Part shown: positions 1 through 8,348 of the stretch, piece by piece | Numbering within the stretch: position 1 is the first letter of the stretch | Layout: the number at the start of each line of letters is the position of its first letter | From: Ilumatobacteraceae bacterium | Lineage (GTDB): Bacteria; Actinomycetota; Acidimicrobiia; Acidimicrobiales; Ilumatobacteraceae | Reading direction: 5' to 3' | Assembly: GCA_046093585.1 (NCBI GenBank) | Contig: JBJTFU010000175.1 | Location: 1-38,808 of the forward strand | DNA length: 38,808 nt | Made by a program: the position numbers and the translations under genes | Notes under the pieces: model-generated | What the model was told of the DNA's origin: nothing | The model's database searches: none | What the model saw: only the letters and a program-made list of their open reading frames with translations

Positions 1-1033
1 GTCGGCCCTCCATCCGGCCGCCACCCGGTTGGGTGAAGACGAACCCGTGGGCGTCACCGATCGGCTTGGGAACGATGAACACGCTGAGTCCTTTGTGGGC
101 CTTGGAGCGATCCGGATCGGTGCGGGCGAGCAGCATCAACACGTTGGCGCGTGCGCCGAAGGTGCACCACGTCTTCACTCCGTTGATCACCCAACCGGCG
201 GCACCGTCGGGTGATGTGCCGCGAACGGCGGTGGTCTTCAGGCTCGCCACGTCGCTGCCGTAGTCCGGTTCGGTCACGGCAACTGCCGCCATGACGTCCG
301 TCGTCGCGAGCTTCGGCAGCCAGTGGTGCTTCTGTGCCTCCGTCCCGCCGCGAACGAGTGCACGGGTGAGGATTTCCGGCCGCGTGATCAGCGAACCGCC
401 GATACCAAGTGAAGCGCGAGAGAGTTCCTCGGTGGCGATGCAACTGGCCATGTATTCGCCGTCACCACCCTCGCTGAAGCCGCCGTATTCACTCGGCACC
501 GACAAGCCGAATGCACCGATCTCGGCCAGACCCGAGATGATCTCCTCCGGCACGTCGGCATTGTGGCGATGCACGTGTTCGGCGCGGGGAGCGATCTCCT
601 TGACCGCGAAACTACGGAACGTGTCCTGCACCATCTCGTACTCGTCGTCGAGGTGACGCGGACCGGCGACCTCGGCGAGACCTGCGAGCACATCGGGGTC
701 GCGCCACTGCGCGACGAAAGATGTGACTGCCGAGAATGCACCGGCATCCACTCCCCACATCGCTTCGCGACCCAACACTCGCGTGGCCACTTCGTGGGCC
801 ATGTCCGCCACGAAGACACACGTCAGTCGCGCTTCGTCGTCGCCCTTGGCGCCGTAGTCGAGCATCGAGCGTGCGGTGTGCAGCGCGGACGAGGCATGAG
901 CCACGTCGTAGGCCAGTACTTGTTGGGTGTCCGGACCACCGAGCGCGGCGAGGTTTCGTGTCGCCTTGCCGACGACGTTGGAGACGACTTCGATGACTCC
1001 CGCTGCTGCGGTGAGATCAGGAGTGGGCGACAT
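1..1033 (-). CDS. acyl-CoA dehydrogenase family protein, N-terminal ~344 aa (3' end lies beyond the window edge)
   Basis: Absent from the ORF track because there is no stop inside the window. Reverse-strand translation from ATG 1033..1031 gives MSPTPDLTAAAGVIEVV... It continues with EYEMVQDTFRSFAVKEIAPRAEHVHRHNADVPEEIISGLAEIGAFGLSVPSEYGGF, AVAVTEPDYGSDVASLKT and WVINGVKTWCTFGARANVLMLLART. These are ACAD N-terminal and beta-barrel signatures preceded by a ~125-aa helical extension. Confidence 0.8.
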   Translation of the reverse strand, partial: MSPTPDLTAAAGVIEVVSNVVGKATRNLAALGGPDTQQVLAYDVAHASSALHTARSMLDYGAKGDDEARLTCVFVADMAHEVATRVLGREAMWGVDAGAFSAVTSFVAQWRDPDVLAGLAEVAGPRHLDDEYEMVQDTFRSFAVKEIAPRAEHVHRHNADVPEEIISGLAEIGAFGLSVPSEYGGFSEGGDGEYMASCIATEELSRASLGIGGSLITRPEILTRALVRGGTEAQKHHWLPKLATTDVMAAVAVTEPDYGSDVASLKTTAVRGTSPDGAAGWVINGVKTWCTFGARANVLMLLARTDPDRSKAHKGLSVFIVPKPIGDAHGFVFTQPGGGRMEGR

Positions 1034-1040
1034 GGGGGAG

Positions 1041-1046
1041 ACGCTA
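1041..1046 (-). promoter_or_regulatory. -10-like hexamer TAGCGT, 7 nt upstream of ATG 1033 (leaderless-type promoter)
   Basis: Reverse strand reads TAGCGT-ctccccc-ATG; matches actinobacterial TANNNT at leaderless spacing. Confidence 0.45.
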
Positions 1047-1092
1047 GTGATCGCGGGATTGCGATGCCCTATCCACGTTGGGATTGGCGACC

Positions 1093-1098
1093 TACGAT
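1093..1098 (+). promoter_or_regulatory. -10-like hexamer TACGAT, 6 nt upstream of in-frame GTG 1105
   Basis: TACGAT-gagatc-GTG; TANNNT at leaderless spacing. Confidence 0.4.
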
Positions 1099-1104
1099 GA
1101 GATC

Positions 1105-2292
1105 GTGGCGGGAACGAGCGGCTTGAAGTCGGCACTGACCACCTTGAAATGGGTGATCTTCGGGCTGGTCGTCTACTTCTTCGTGATCCCGTTGATCCCC
1201 GGGTTTCGGCGGGCCGTCACCGAACTGTCCCAGGTCGACCCGACGCTGCTGACCATCGGGCTCGGCCTGCAGATGCTGGCGCTATTCAGTTACTCGTTGC
1301 TGACCCATGCCGCGCTCGGGGAACGACACGTCTCCATTTGGCGTTTGTTCCGGATCCAATTGAGTACGAAGTCGGTGGGCAACATCCTGCCGGGGGGTAG
1401 CGCCGCGTCGAGTGCCCTCGGTTATCGGCTGTTACGTCTGTCCGGCGTGCAGGGGCCGGATGCTGGATTCGCCCTGGCCACTGCCGGGTTGGGTTCGGCG
1501 GTCGTGCTCAACCTGATCTTGTGGGTCGGTCTCATCGCCTCCATCCCGGGTCGGGGCGTCAATGCCGCGTATGGCACCGCCGCGATCATCGGTGTGGTCG
1601 TGATGGTGGTCGCCGCAGCGTTGATCTTCGGCATCATCGACGGCCAAGGGCGCGCAGAGCGCGCATTGCGTTGGATGGCCTCGCGACTGCGCTTCAACGA
1701 GGATCGTGCGGCCTCGGTGTTGACGCACTTGGGAACCCGACTGCAGGGACTCGCCACCGAGCCTCGCCTGCTCGTGCGCGTGCTCGTGTGGGCGGCAGTC
1801 AACTGGCTCCTCGATGCTGCGTCGCTGTGGGTGTTCCTCCGTGCTTTCGGCGCGTCGATGGCGCCCGACGCGTTGATCGTCGCGTTCGGGTTGGCCAACA
1901 TCATGGCGGTGGTGCCGATCACCCCCGGTGGTCTCGGCATCGTCGAGAGCGTGTACATCCCCACCTTGGTGGGATTTGGCGCGACGCGTGGCGAGGCGAC
2001 ACTCGGTGTGCTGTCGTACCGGATCGCGCAATTCTGGATTCCGATCCTGCTCGGCGCGATCGCCTACCTCTCGCTGCGTGTCGGACCTTTCGCGATCGAA
2101 CGCCGTGCCAACCTGCAGCCGTGGCGTCGACTTGCATTGGACGCCGCCGAGCACCCCGCGAGCAGGATCGACTTCCTCGAGCACTACGCACCGCGTGACC
2201 GCACCGGACAGTTCCCGATGCCCGACTTCCGCGGTGTCTACTCGTTGGACCAAGAAGCCGACGACGAGTCGGACGACGCGACGAAGCGCTGA
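1105..2292 (+). CDS. flippase-like / LPG-synthase-TM (UPF0104, YbhN-like) integral membrane protein
   Basis: ORF 1078..2292. It is a multi-pass hydrophobic protein with MAVVPITPGGLGIVESVYIP, the PxxPGGxGxxE signature of this family. I moved the start to in-frame GTG 1105 because of the TACGAT hexamer 6 nt upstream; TTG 1078 is the alternative. Confidence 0.7.
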   Translation: MAGTSGLKSALTTLKWVIFGLVVYFFVIPLIPGFRRAVTELSQVDPTLLTIGLGLQMLALFSYSLLTHAALGERHVSIWRLFRIQLSTKSVGNILPGGSAASSALGYRLLRLSGVQGPDAGFALATAGLGSAVVLNLILWVGLIASIPGRGVNAAYGTAAIIGVVVMVVAAALIFGIIDGQGRAERALRWMASRLRFNEDRAASVLTHLGTRLQGLATEPRLLVRVLVWAAVNWLLDAASLWVFLRAFGASMAPDALIVAFGLANIMAVVPITPGGLGIVESVYIPTLVGFGATRGEATLGVLSYRIAQFWIPILLGAIAYLSLRVGPFAIERRANLQPWRRLALDAAEHPASRIDFLEHYAPRDRTGQFPMPDFRGVYSLDQEADDESDDATKR

Positions 2293-2307
2293 CGACGGCG
2301 TAGCGAC

Positions 2308-2313
2308 TAGCGT
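2308..2313 (+). promoter_or_regulatory. -10-like hexamer TAGCGT, 8 nt upstream of ATG 2322
   Basis: TAGCGT-cgaagttg-ATG. Confidence 0.4.
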
Positions 2314-2321
2314 CGAAGTTG

Positions 2322-2837
2322 ATGACCGTACACGAACGCCCCTTTGGTCGGTGCCTCGAAGACTTCGTGGTCGGCGACGTCTATCGCCACTGGCCGGGCA
2401 AGACGATCACCGAGGCAGACGACCATCTGTTCTGCATGATCACCATGAACCACCACCCTTTGCACACCAACGATTGGTTCGCCGCGAAGAGCGTGCAGGG
2501 GCGCAACGTGGTGGTCGGGAACCTGGTGTATTCGTTGGTGCTCGGGATGAGCGTTCCTGACGTGAGTGGTGCGGCGATCGCCAACCTCGAGGTGGAGATG
2601 CTGCAACACAAGCACCCCACCTTCCACGGTGACACCATCCACGCCGAGACCCGCGTGCTCGAGGTGCAGGAGTCGAAGTCGAAAGCGGACCGCGGAGTGG
2701 TGACGGTCGAGACCAAGGGCTTCAATCAGGACGGCAAGGAAGTGTGTTACTTCCGACGCAGGGTGATGGTGTGGAAGAGGGCCGCGCTCCCGGTGCGCGA
2801 GCGCCCGTACGACGGTCAAGACGTCTGGGGCAGTTAG
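2322..2837 (+). CDS. MaoC-family (R)-specific enoyl-CoA hydratase/dehydratase (hotdog fold)
   Basis: ORF 2319..2837. FVVGDVYRHWPGKTITEADDHLFCMITMNHHPLHTN and HPTFHGDTIHAETRVLEV are typical MaoC dehydratase blocks. TTG 2319 or ATG 2322 could be the start. Confidence 0.8.
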   Translation: MTVHERPFGRCLEDFVVGDVYRHWPGKTITEADDHLFCMITMNHHPLHTNDWFAAKSVQGRNVVVGNLVYSLVLGMSVPDVSGAAIANLEVEMLQHKHPTFHGDTIHAETRVLEVQESKSKADRGVVTVETKGFNQDGKEVCYFRRRVMVWKRAALPVRERPYDGQDVWGS

Positions 2838-3688
2838 CAGGAATCGTCGACCCCGTCCTCGAATGGGGCGCTCAGCGACTGCGTGACCTGCCGTGGCGTC
2901 GCACGCGCGACCGGTGGCACGTCCTCGTGAGCGAGGTGATGTTGCAGCAAACCCAGGTTCATCGGGTGCAGCCGAAGTTCGAGCGGTTCATCGAATCGTT
3001 TCCCACTCCGCGTGCGTGCGCGGAGGCGCCACTCGGCGAGTTGCTGGCGCTGTGGCAGGGGCTCGGTTATCCGCGACGATGTCGCAACCTGCACGAGGCG
3101 GCGAAGACGGTGGTGCGCGATCATGGCGGACGAGTCCCCAGTGAGTTGGACGTCTTGCTCTCGTTGCCTGGTGTGGGTGGATACACGGCGCGAGCGGTGT
3201 TGGCGTTCGCCGACTCGCGCGACGTCGGCGTCGTGGACACCAACATCGCGCGCGTGTTGAGCAGGGTGGTCAACGAACCGTTGGGGAGGTCGCGGCTTCA
3301 GGAAATCGCGGATGACCTGGTGCCGAATGGTTCGGCGTGGGAGTGGAACCAGGTGTTGATGGACTTGGGTGCGACGGTCTGCACTGCCCGCGTGCCGCGA
3401 TGCGGCGAGTGCCCGATTGCTCGGCTCTGCGAGTGGCGAATTCGGGGAGGCGCCGACCCTGCCGTCGGATCAGCGCTGACGAGCAAACCGCAGGCTCGAT
3501 TCGAAGGGTCCGATCGCCAGGCGCGTGGAAGGTTGATGAAGGCGCTCCTGCAGTCGGGCGTCCGCCGAAGTGACGCCGCGGTAGTGATGGGCCTCGATGG
3601 GCAGCGCGGTCGCGCGGCGCGACTCGTGGACGACCTCGTGGGCGAGGGGCTCGTCGCCGTGTCCAACGAGTACCTCACCTTGCCGTGA
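2744..3688 (+). CDS. mutY: A/G-specific adenine DNA glycosylase (HhH-GPD, 4Fe-4S cluster loop)
   Basis: DLPWRRTRDRWHVLVSEVMLQQTQV, LGYPRRCRNLHEAA, LPGVGGYTARAVLAF, DTNIARV and the Cys cluster CTARVPRCGECPIARLC. The start is uncertain (GTG 2744 or GTG 2771); both overlap the end of the MaoC gene. Confidence 0.85.
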   Translation: MLLPTQGDGVEEGRAPGARAPVRRSRRLGQLAGIVDPVLEWGAQRLRDLPWRRTRDRWHVLVSEVMLQQTQVHRVQPKFERFIESFPTPRACAEAPLGELLALWQGLGYPRRCRNLHEAAKTVVRDHGGRVPSELDVLLSLPGVGGYTARAVLAFADSRDVGVVDTNIARVLSRVVNEPLGRSRLQEIADDLVPNGSAWEWNQVLMDLGATVCTARVPRCGECPIARLCEWRIRGGADPAVGSALTSKPQARFEGSDRQARGRLMKALLQSGVRRSDAAVVMGLDGQRGRAARLVDDLVGEGLVAVSNEYLTLP

Positions 3689-3708
3689 TTCGTTCGGTTG
3701 CCTGCTGA

Positions 3709-4590
3709 TCAGGTCGTGACGAACTCGAGCACCGCCCGTGCCACGTGATCCGGTTGCTCCAGTTGTATGAAATGGCCGGCGTCGGGGAGCTCGACCACAC
3801 GCGCGTTGCTCGGCGCGTGCGCGGCCGCGTCACGTGCCACTTCGATGCCGATGCATCCGTCGTTGCGACCGTGCAGGTAGAGCAGGGGTTGTGGAGGCAC
3901 GTCACTTCCCACGAGTTGCTGGAGGTCCTGATGATCGGGGTTGCGATGGCCACTGCCGAAAGTCGCGCGGTAATAGCCGAGTGCAGCCTGCAGGTTCGCG
4001 GATTGGGAGAGACACTCCTTGGCGTTTCGCACGTCGACCGACGAGTCGAACCCGGGTGACCACGACTTCCAGATCATGTCGATGAATGCCAGATCGTTGG
4101 CGGGTACGACCAAGTCCGCGAGCGGGTGCTGAAAGTAGAACATGTACCAACTTCGCCTGATCTGTTCGAGGTTCCCGACGAAGGCGCGGGCCATCGCTCC
4201 CCACGGTGGAACGGCCATGCCCACCACTTTCGACCATCGTGCAGGCTCGAGGATCGCTGCGGCGTAAGCCGCCGTGGCACCCCAGTCATGACCGATGACG
4301 ACGGAGCGGCCGTCTGCTCCCAACACCTCGTGCAGCGCGTTGGCGTCCAAGCCGAGTTCGCAGGTTTGATACGCGCCATCGGCGGGAACTGCCGACGGCG
4401 CATACCCCCGCATGAACGGGGCCACCGCGTGGAATCCCGCGTCGGCGAGGCGTGGCAAGAGGTGTCGCCACGAATGAGCAGAGTCGGGGAATCCGTGCAG
4501 ACAGAGTGCGAGGGGACCACTCCCGCATTCGAGCGTGGCGAACCCGAGTCGCTCGGAGCGCACCACTCGTCGTTCGATGCGTTCGGACAC
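3709..4590 (-). CDS. alpha/beta hydrolase, epoxide-hydrolase/haloalkane-dehalogenase-like
   Basis: LALCLHGFPDSAHSWRHL and the nucleophile elbow VVIGHDWGA. The ORF-track start at 4791 would overlap the divergent flavin reductase. I prefer in-frame GTG 4590, which has TACTGT 6 nt upstream. Confidence 0.8.
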   Translation of the reverse strand: MSERIERRVVRSERLGFATLECGSGPLALCLHGFPDSAHSWRHLLPRLADAGFHAVAPFMRGYAPSAVPADGAYQTCELGLDANALHEVLGADGRSVVIGHDWGATAAYAAAILEPARWSKVVGMAVPPWGAMARAFVGNLEQIRRSWYMFYFQHPLADLVVPANDLAFIDMIWKSWSPGFDSSVDVRNAKECLSQSANLQAALGYYRATFGSGHRNPDHQDLQQLVGSDVPPQPLLYLHGRNDGCIGIEVARDAAAHAPSNARVVELPDAGHFIQLEQPDHVARAVLEFVTT

Positions 4591-4596
4591 GCCGAA

Positions 4597-4602
4597 ACAG
4601 TA
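4597..4602 (-). promoter_or_regulatory. -10-like hexamer TACTGT, 6 nt upstream of GTG 4590
   Basis: Reverse strand reads TACTGT-ttcggc-GTG. Confidence 0.45.
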
Positions 4603-4608
4603 CCTGAG

Positions 4609-4614
4609 TAGGAT
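4609..4614 (+). promoter_or_regulatory. -10-like hexamer TAGGAT, 7 nt upstream of ATG 4622
   Basis: TAGGAT-ttgccca-ATG. Confidence 0.45.
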
Positions 4615-4621
4615 TTGCCCA

Positions 4622-5116
4622 ATGACAAGCGACGCGGCGATGGATCCGAAGCAGTTTCGTGCGGTGATGGGACATCTGCCGACGGGAGTGGTGGTGGTGT
4701 CGGGTCGGGCGGCGTCCGGTGAGCTCGCGGGAATGACGATCGGATCATTCGTTTCCGTGTCGCTCCAACCGCCGCTCGCCGGATTCTTCATCGGAACGGG
4801 ATCTCCGTCCTGGAAGAAGATCGCGGAAACCGGCCTATTCTGCGCGAGCGTGTTGGGCGTGGATCAAGAAGAGTGGTGTTGGAGGTTCGCCAAGGAGGCC
4901 GACGCCCGCTTCGACGGTGTGCCGCACACGTTCGGTGTCAATGGTTCCCCACGGATCGGTGGATCGGTCGCCTGGATCGAATGCGACGTCGAGAGCGTGA
5001 CGAACGTCGGTGACCACGACTTCGTGCTCGGCAAGGTGACGACGCTCGAGGCAGCGAGTTCCAGTGCCGGTGCGATGACGTTCTATCGAGGGGCAATCGG
5101 GGGCACTGCTCGTTGA
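4622..5116 (+). CDS. flavin reductase family protein (HpaC-like)
   Basis: DPKQFRAVMGHLPTGVVVVS...MTIGSFVSVSLQPPL...HDFVLGKV is a typical Flavin_Reduct domain. The ATG at 4622 lies inside ORF 4535..5116. Confidence 0.8.
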   Translation: MTSDAAMDPKQFRAVMGHLPTGVVVVSGRAASGELAGMTIGSFVSVSLQPPLAGFFIGTGSPSWKKIAETGLFCASVLGVDQEEWCWRFAKEADARFDGVPHTFGVNGSPRIGGSVAWIECDVESVTNVGDHDFVLGKVTTLEAASSSAGAMTFYRGAIGGTAR

Positions 5117-5496
5117 GCGATCTGGCCTGGGTGTGCGCGGCAATCGTGGGTTCCGTGTTCGTCTGGGCTGGCGCAACGAAATTGCAGGCCCGTCGTGCGT
5201 GGGCCGATCAAGCGCGGGACATGGGCGCACCGCTGTGGGCGATCCCGTTCGTTCCGTTCCTCGAACTCGCCCTCGGTGCACTCCTCGTCCTCGGATGGTG
5301 GCCACGTGTGACCACCATCGCGGCAGTGTTGGTGCTCGGTGCATTCACGGGGCTGATCGTGACCAACCTGCTCCGCGGTAACCGACCGTCGTGTGCGTGC
5401 TTCGGAGTGCGCTCGGCGCGCCCCCTCTCCTGGATGTTCGTGGCCCGTAACGTCGCGTTCGTCGGACTCCTTTTGGTGGCTCTGCTCGTCGGCTGA
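5113..5496 (+). CDS. MauE/DoxX-family small membrane protein
   Basis: Four hydrophobic helices and a PSCACFG motif typical of MauE-like proteins. The TTG start overlaps the upstream stop (TTGA), suggesting translational coupling. Confidence 0.65.
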   Translation: MSDLAWVCAAIVGSVFVWAGATKLQARRAWADQARDMGAPLWAIPFVPFLELALGALLVLGWWPRVTTIAAVLVLGAFTGLIVTNLLRGNRPSCACFGVRSARPLSWMFVARNVAFVGLLLVALLVG

Positions 5497-5509
5497 CGGC
5501 GCCAACACC

Positions 5510-5515
5510 TAGCGT
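5510..5515 (+). promoter_or_regulatory. -10-like hexamer TAGCGT, 7 nt upstream of ATG 5523
   Basis: TAGCGT-cctcggg-ATG. Confidence 0.45.
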
Positions 5516-5522
5516 CCTCGGG

Positions 5523-5813
5523 ATGCGTGTGTGGATCGATCAGGACCTGTGCACTGGCGACGGGCTGTGCGTCGACCATTGCCACGACGTGTTCGTCCAA
5601 CTCGAGGATGGAATCGCCTATGTCAGCGAGGCCGGTGAAGTGTTGAACGATCCGGGCGGTTCTGGCAGCTTGGCACGGGTCGACGACCGACACGTGCAGT
5701 CCGTGGTGCAGGCGGCCGAGGTGTGTCCGGGCGAGTGCATCTTCATCGAACTCGACGAAGGTGAGTCGTGGTCGTCGGTACTCGAGGGAGATTCGGTACC
5801 ACAACTGTCATAA
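5523..5813 (+). CDS. single-cluster ferredoxin (actinobacterial 3Fe-4S/4Fe-4S type)
   Basis: MRVWIDQDLCTGDGLCVDHC ... AAEVCPGECIFIE is the classic CxxxxxC...CP ferredoxin pattern. Confidence 0.8.
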   Translation: MRVWIDQDLCTGDGLCVDHCHDVFVQLEDGIAYVSEAGEVLNDPGGSGSLARVDDRHVQSVVQAAEVCPGECIFIELDEGESWSSVLEGDSVPQLS

Positions 5814-5814
5814 C

Positions 5815-6693
5815 ATGAATCGGATGACATGGCGAATGACGGTTGCCGGTGTGGCGCTGGTCGTGGGTGTGTCGTCTGCTCCGTCGGTGCAGGCGCAATC
5901 CAATTCGCTCGATGCCCTGCAGGTGCTCGCCGCGATTCCCGTCCAGAACGAGTATCGATTCGGCTATTCCCGTGAACTGTTCCCGCATTGGCTCGATGTC
6001 GACGGGGACGGATGCAACGCGCGTGAACAGGTGTTGAAGCGCGACAGCGTGACGTTGCCGCAGGTGGATCCCATCAACTGTTTCGTGGTGGAGGGGGACT
6101 GGCTGTCGCCGTACGACGGTCGTACGGTGAGCGACCGCACCCAAGTGGACATCGATCATGTCGTGGCGCTGAAGGAGGCGTGGGATTCAGGCGCGTGGGC
6201 GTGGAGCCCGGCGCAACGCACGGCCTTCGCCAACGACACGTCTGACCGACGGTCACTCGTGGCGGCAAGTGCATCGTCGAATCGGCAAAAGAGCGACAAG
6301 GATCCGAGCAATTGGTTGCCCACGCGTTCGTCCCATGTGTGCACCTATCTCGGCAACTGGGTTGCGGTGAAGGCCAGGTGGGGACTGTCGATGGATCGCA
6401 GTGAGCATGGGCGGATTCGCAACGTCCTGACCTCACGTTGTGTCGGCATGAAGATCGCCGCGTGGACCCCGGTCGCAGGGATCGCCTCATCCACTGGGAC
6501 CACGCCACCGTCGAGTGCGGGGTCGACGACGGTTCCCGAAGTCTCCTCGGGAACCGTGTTTCCCGGCGCATGGTGCAAGCCTGAGGGCGCGTTGGGATTC
6601 TCCTCCAAGGGTGTGCAGTACGTGTGCTCGACCACGAGTCTCGATGGCAGGCGCTACGGCGATGGTCGCCCACGATGGAGAAGGACCTCCTGA
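5815..6693 (+). CDS. secreted HNH/DUF1524 (GmrSD C-terminal-like) nuclease
   Basis: ATG 5815 lies 1 nt after the ferredoxin stop. Signal peptide MNRMTWRMTVAGVALVVGVSSAPSVQAQS. Motifs DGDGCNAREQVL, DIDHVVALKEAWDSGA and NRQKSDKDPSNWLP. A Ser/Thr-rich linker is followed by a small Cys-containing C-terminal module (GAWCKPEG...YVCS...RWRR). Confidence 0.75.
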   Translation: MNRMTWRMTVAGVALVVGVSSAPSVQAQSNSLDALQVLAAIPVQNEYRFGYSRELFPHWLDVDGDGCNAREQVLKRDSVTLPQVDPINCFVVEGDWLSPYDGRTVSDRTQVDIDHVVALKEAWDSGAWAWSPAQRTAFANDTSDRRSLVAASASSNRQKSDKDPSNWLPTRSSHVCTYLGNWVAVKARWGLSMDRSEHGRIRNVLTSRCVGMKIAAWTPVAGIASSTGTTPPSSAGSTTVPEVSSGTVFPGAWCKPEGALGFSSKGVQYVCSTTSLDGRRYGDGRPRWRRTS

Positions 6694-6697
6694 GCGT

Positions 6698-6703
6698 TAG
6701 CCT
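6698..6703 (+). promoter_or_regulatory. -10-like hexamer TAGCCT, 9 nt upstream of ATG 6713
   Basis: TAGCCT-gtcagacct-ATG. Confidence 0.35.
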
Positions 6704-6712
6704 GTCAGACCT

Positions 6713-6799
6713 ATGTCGAAGAAGACCAAGAAGCGCAAGGCGAAGCTCCGCCGCTCGAAGGCCAACCACGGTAAGCGTCCCAACATGGGGCGCGGCTGA
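6713..6799 (+). CDS. 28-aa basic micro-protein, ribosomal protein bL37-like
   Basis: Not in the ORF track because it is too short. It translates as MSKKTKKRKAKLRRSKANHGKRPNMGRG. The KANHGKRPN core matches my recollection of actinobacterial bL37 (about 24 aa, ...KANHGKRPNA). Confidence 0.65.
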   Translation: MSKKTKKRKAKLRRSKANHGKRPNMGRG

Positions 6800-6805
6800 G
6801 CGCAC

Positions 6806-7402
6806 ATGAGTGAGGCGCACTCGCGCCTCGTGCAATTGACGGTCGGGGGAAGTCGCGAACCCTGGCGAAGTCTGGGAATCACCTTCGACGAATTCGGTGG
6901 TTGCCGCATCGGGCAGGTGAGCCTGCGAGTGGACGAGTCCCGTCCGGCAGGTTTCCTCGGTTGGGCATTCGATCCCGCGGTGACGGCGCTCGACGGCATC
7001 GAGTCCGTGAATCGTGAACCTGCAAGTCGGGTCGACTCACGGTTCTTCGTAGGCGTCGACCACGTGGTGGTGATGACGGATTCGCTCGAGCGAACTTCGG
7101 GGGAAATCGCCCGGGACACGGGTGCGGAATTGCGGCGCATTCGCGATGCAGGCGGCGGTGTCCGCCAAGCGTTCCATCGCAGTGGTGAGGTGGTGTTGGA
7201 AGTGGTGCAGACTCCGACGACGAACGGCGTGGCGTTGTGGGGCTTCGTGCTCGTCACCCCAGACCTCGTCGGGCTGGCCGATCGACTGGGGCCCGAGGTG
7301 ATCGGACGCCCGCGTGAGGCGAAGCAACCCGGACGATTCATTGCCACCGTCCGCCGTACGGTTGGTCTCGGTGTCGACGTGGCGCTGATGACGCCGCAGT
7401 AG
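6806..7402 (+). CDS. VOC/glyoxalase-like domain protein
   Basis: ORF 6806..7402 starts 6 nt after the micro-ORF stop. VGVDHVVVMTDSLERT and EVVLEVVQ resemble glyoxalase-like (VOC) repeats. The assignment is weak. Confidence 0.45.
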   Translation: MSEAHSRLVQLTVGGSREPWRSLGITFDEFGGCRIGQVSLRVDESRPAGFLGWAFDPAVTALDGIESVNREPASRVDSRFFVGVDHVVVMTDSLERTSGEIARDTGAELRRIRDAGGGVRQAFHRSGEVVLEVVQTPTTNGVALWGFVLVTPDLVGLADRLGPEVIGRPREAKQPGRFIATVRRTVGLGVDVALMTPQ

Positions 7403-7412
7403 GAGTCGTGAA

Positions 7413-8348
7413 TCAGAAGTAGTCGGCCTCGTCGCCTTGGGCGAGGAATTCCTGACCGGTCGAACACGTTTCGGCGAGGGGGCACCAGCGACACGTTGCG
7501 GATGGCACGAGTCGGGGTTCGCGTTTCTCGCGCTCCAATTCGTACATCTTGCGAATGGCGTCCGCCGTCTTGCGGATGGCCGCCTGCAACACACCTTCAG
7601 AGACGTCCTCCACGTCGATGCGAGCGGTGAGCAACGACAGTGTGGCCAACTTGCGTGGGGCGAGGCCCGTGCGGAGAGCCTCGATGAGTGCGTAGAAGCG
7701 CAACTCTTCGCGGTGGTGTGGGTGCAGCGAGCCCGTCTTCACGTCGATGATCACCTTGTTGCCGGATGCGCCGAGTGTGAGATCCGTCTTGGTGGACATG
7801 ATGATTCGCTTGTCGAACATTTCGTAGCGAGCGCTGCTCTCGAGCACCGGCCGCCATGCCGCCTTGAGCGGAGGGAAACACTCCTCGAACTTGGTGTAGA
7901 GGTCGATCGCACCACTACGCAGTTCGGCGCGATCGGTGTCGCTGAGGGAGTCGACGAAATCGGCCGCGCTGATCCGCTCGTCGGCAGCGACCCTGTCGAG
8001 GGCCTGATCCACGACGTCACTCGGCGTGAAGTCGCCCCGCCAGTTGGTGGCGAGTTCGATCGCCTTGTGTACGACGGTGCCGCGCACGTTGGCCACGGTC
8101 CACTCGAAGTTGCCGAGATTCGCGAGATAGTGGCCCTCGCAGCCGTGCACGGTGGTGACCTTGTTCTTGCTCACCCACAGCGACTTGTCGGGTTCGATCT
8201 GCTCGGCGATGTCGGCGACGAGTTCATGCAACTGGGTGCGTACCGACTCGATCACGGCAATGGGCAGCGGCACGAATCCTGGTTCCTTGGCCAGAGCCTC
8301 GAGCACCGTCCGTTGGACGGGGGTGAGGTTTGCCTCGGTGTCCGACAT
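7413..8348 (-). CDS. PD-(D/E)XK nuclease, Cas4/AddB-like with Fe-S cysteines (RecB-family exonuclease)
   Basis: N-terminal Cys (VHGCEGHY), catalytic block KTDLTLGASGNKVIIDVKTG, RFYALIEA, and C-terminal CRWCPLAETC. I prefer ATG 8348 (MSDTEANL...); the track start is 8411. Confidence 0.75.
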   Translation of the reverse strand: MSDTEANLTPVQRTVLEALAKEPGFVPLPIAVIESVRTQLHELVADIAEQIEPDKSLWVSKNKVTTVHGCEGHYLANLGNFEWTVANVRGTVVHKAIELATNWRGDFTPSDVVDQALDRVAADERISAADFVDSLSDTDRAELRSGAIDLYTKFEECFPPLKAAWRPVLESSARYEMFDKRIIMSTKTDLTLGASGNKVIIDVKTGSLHPHHREELRFYALIEALRTGLAPRKLATLSLLTARIDVEDVSEGVLQAAIRKTADAIRKMYELEREKREPRLVPSATCRWCPLAETCSTGQEFLAQGDEADYF

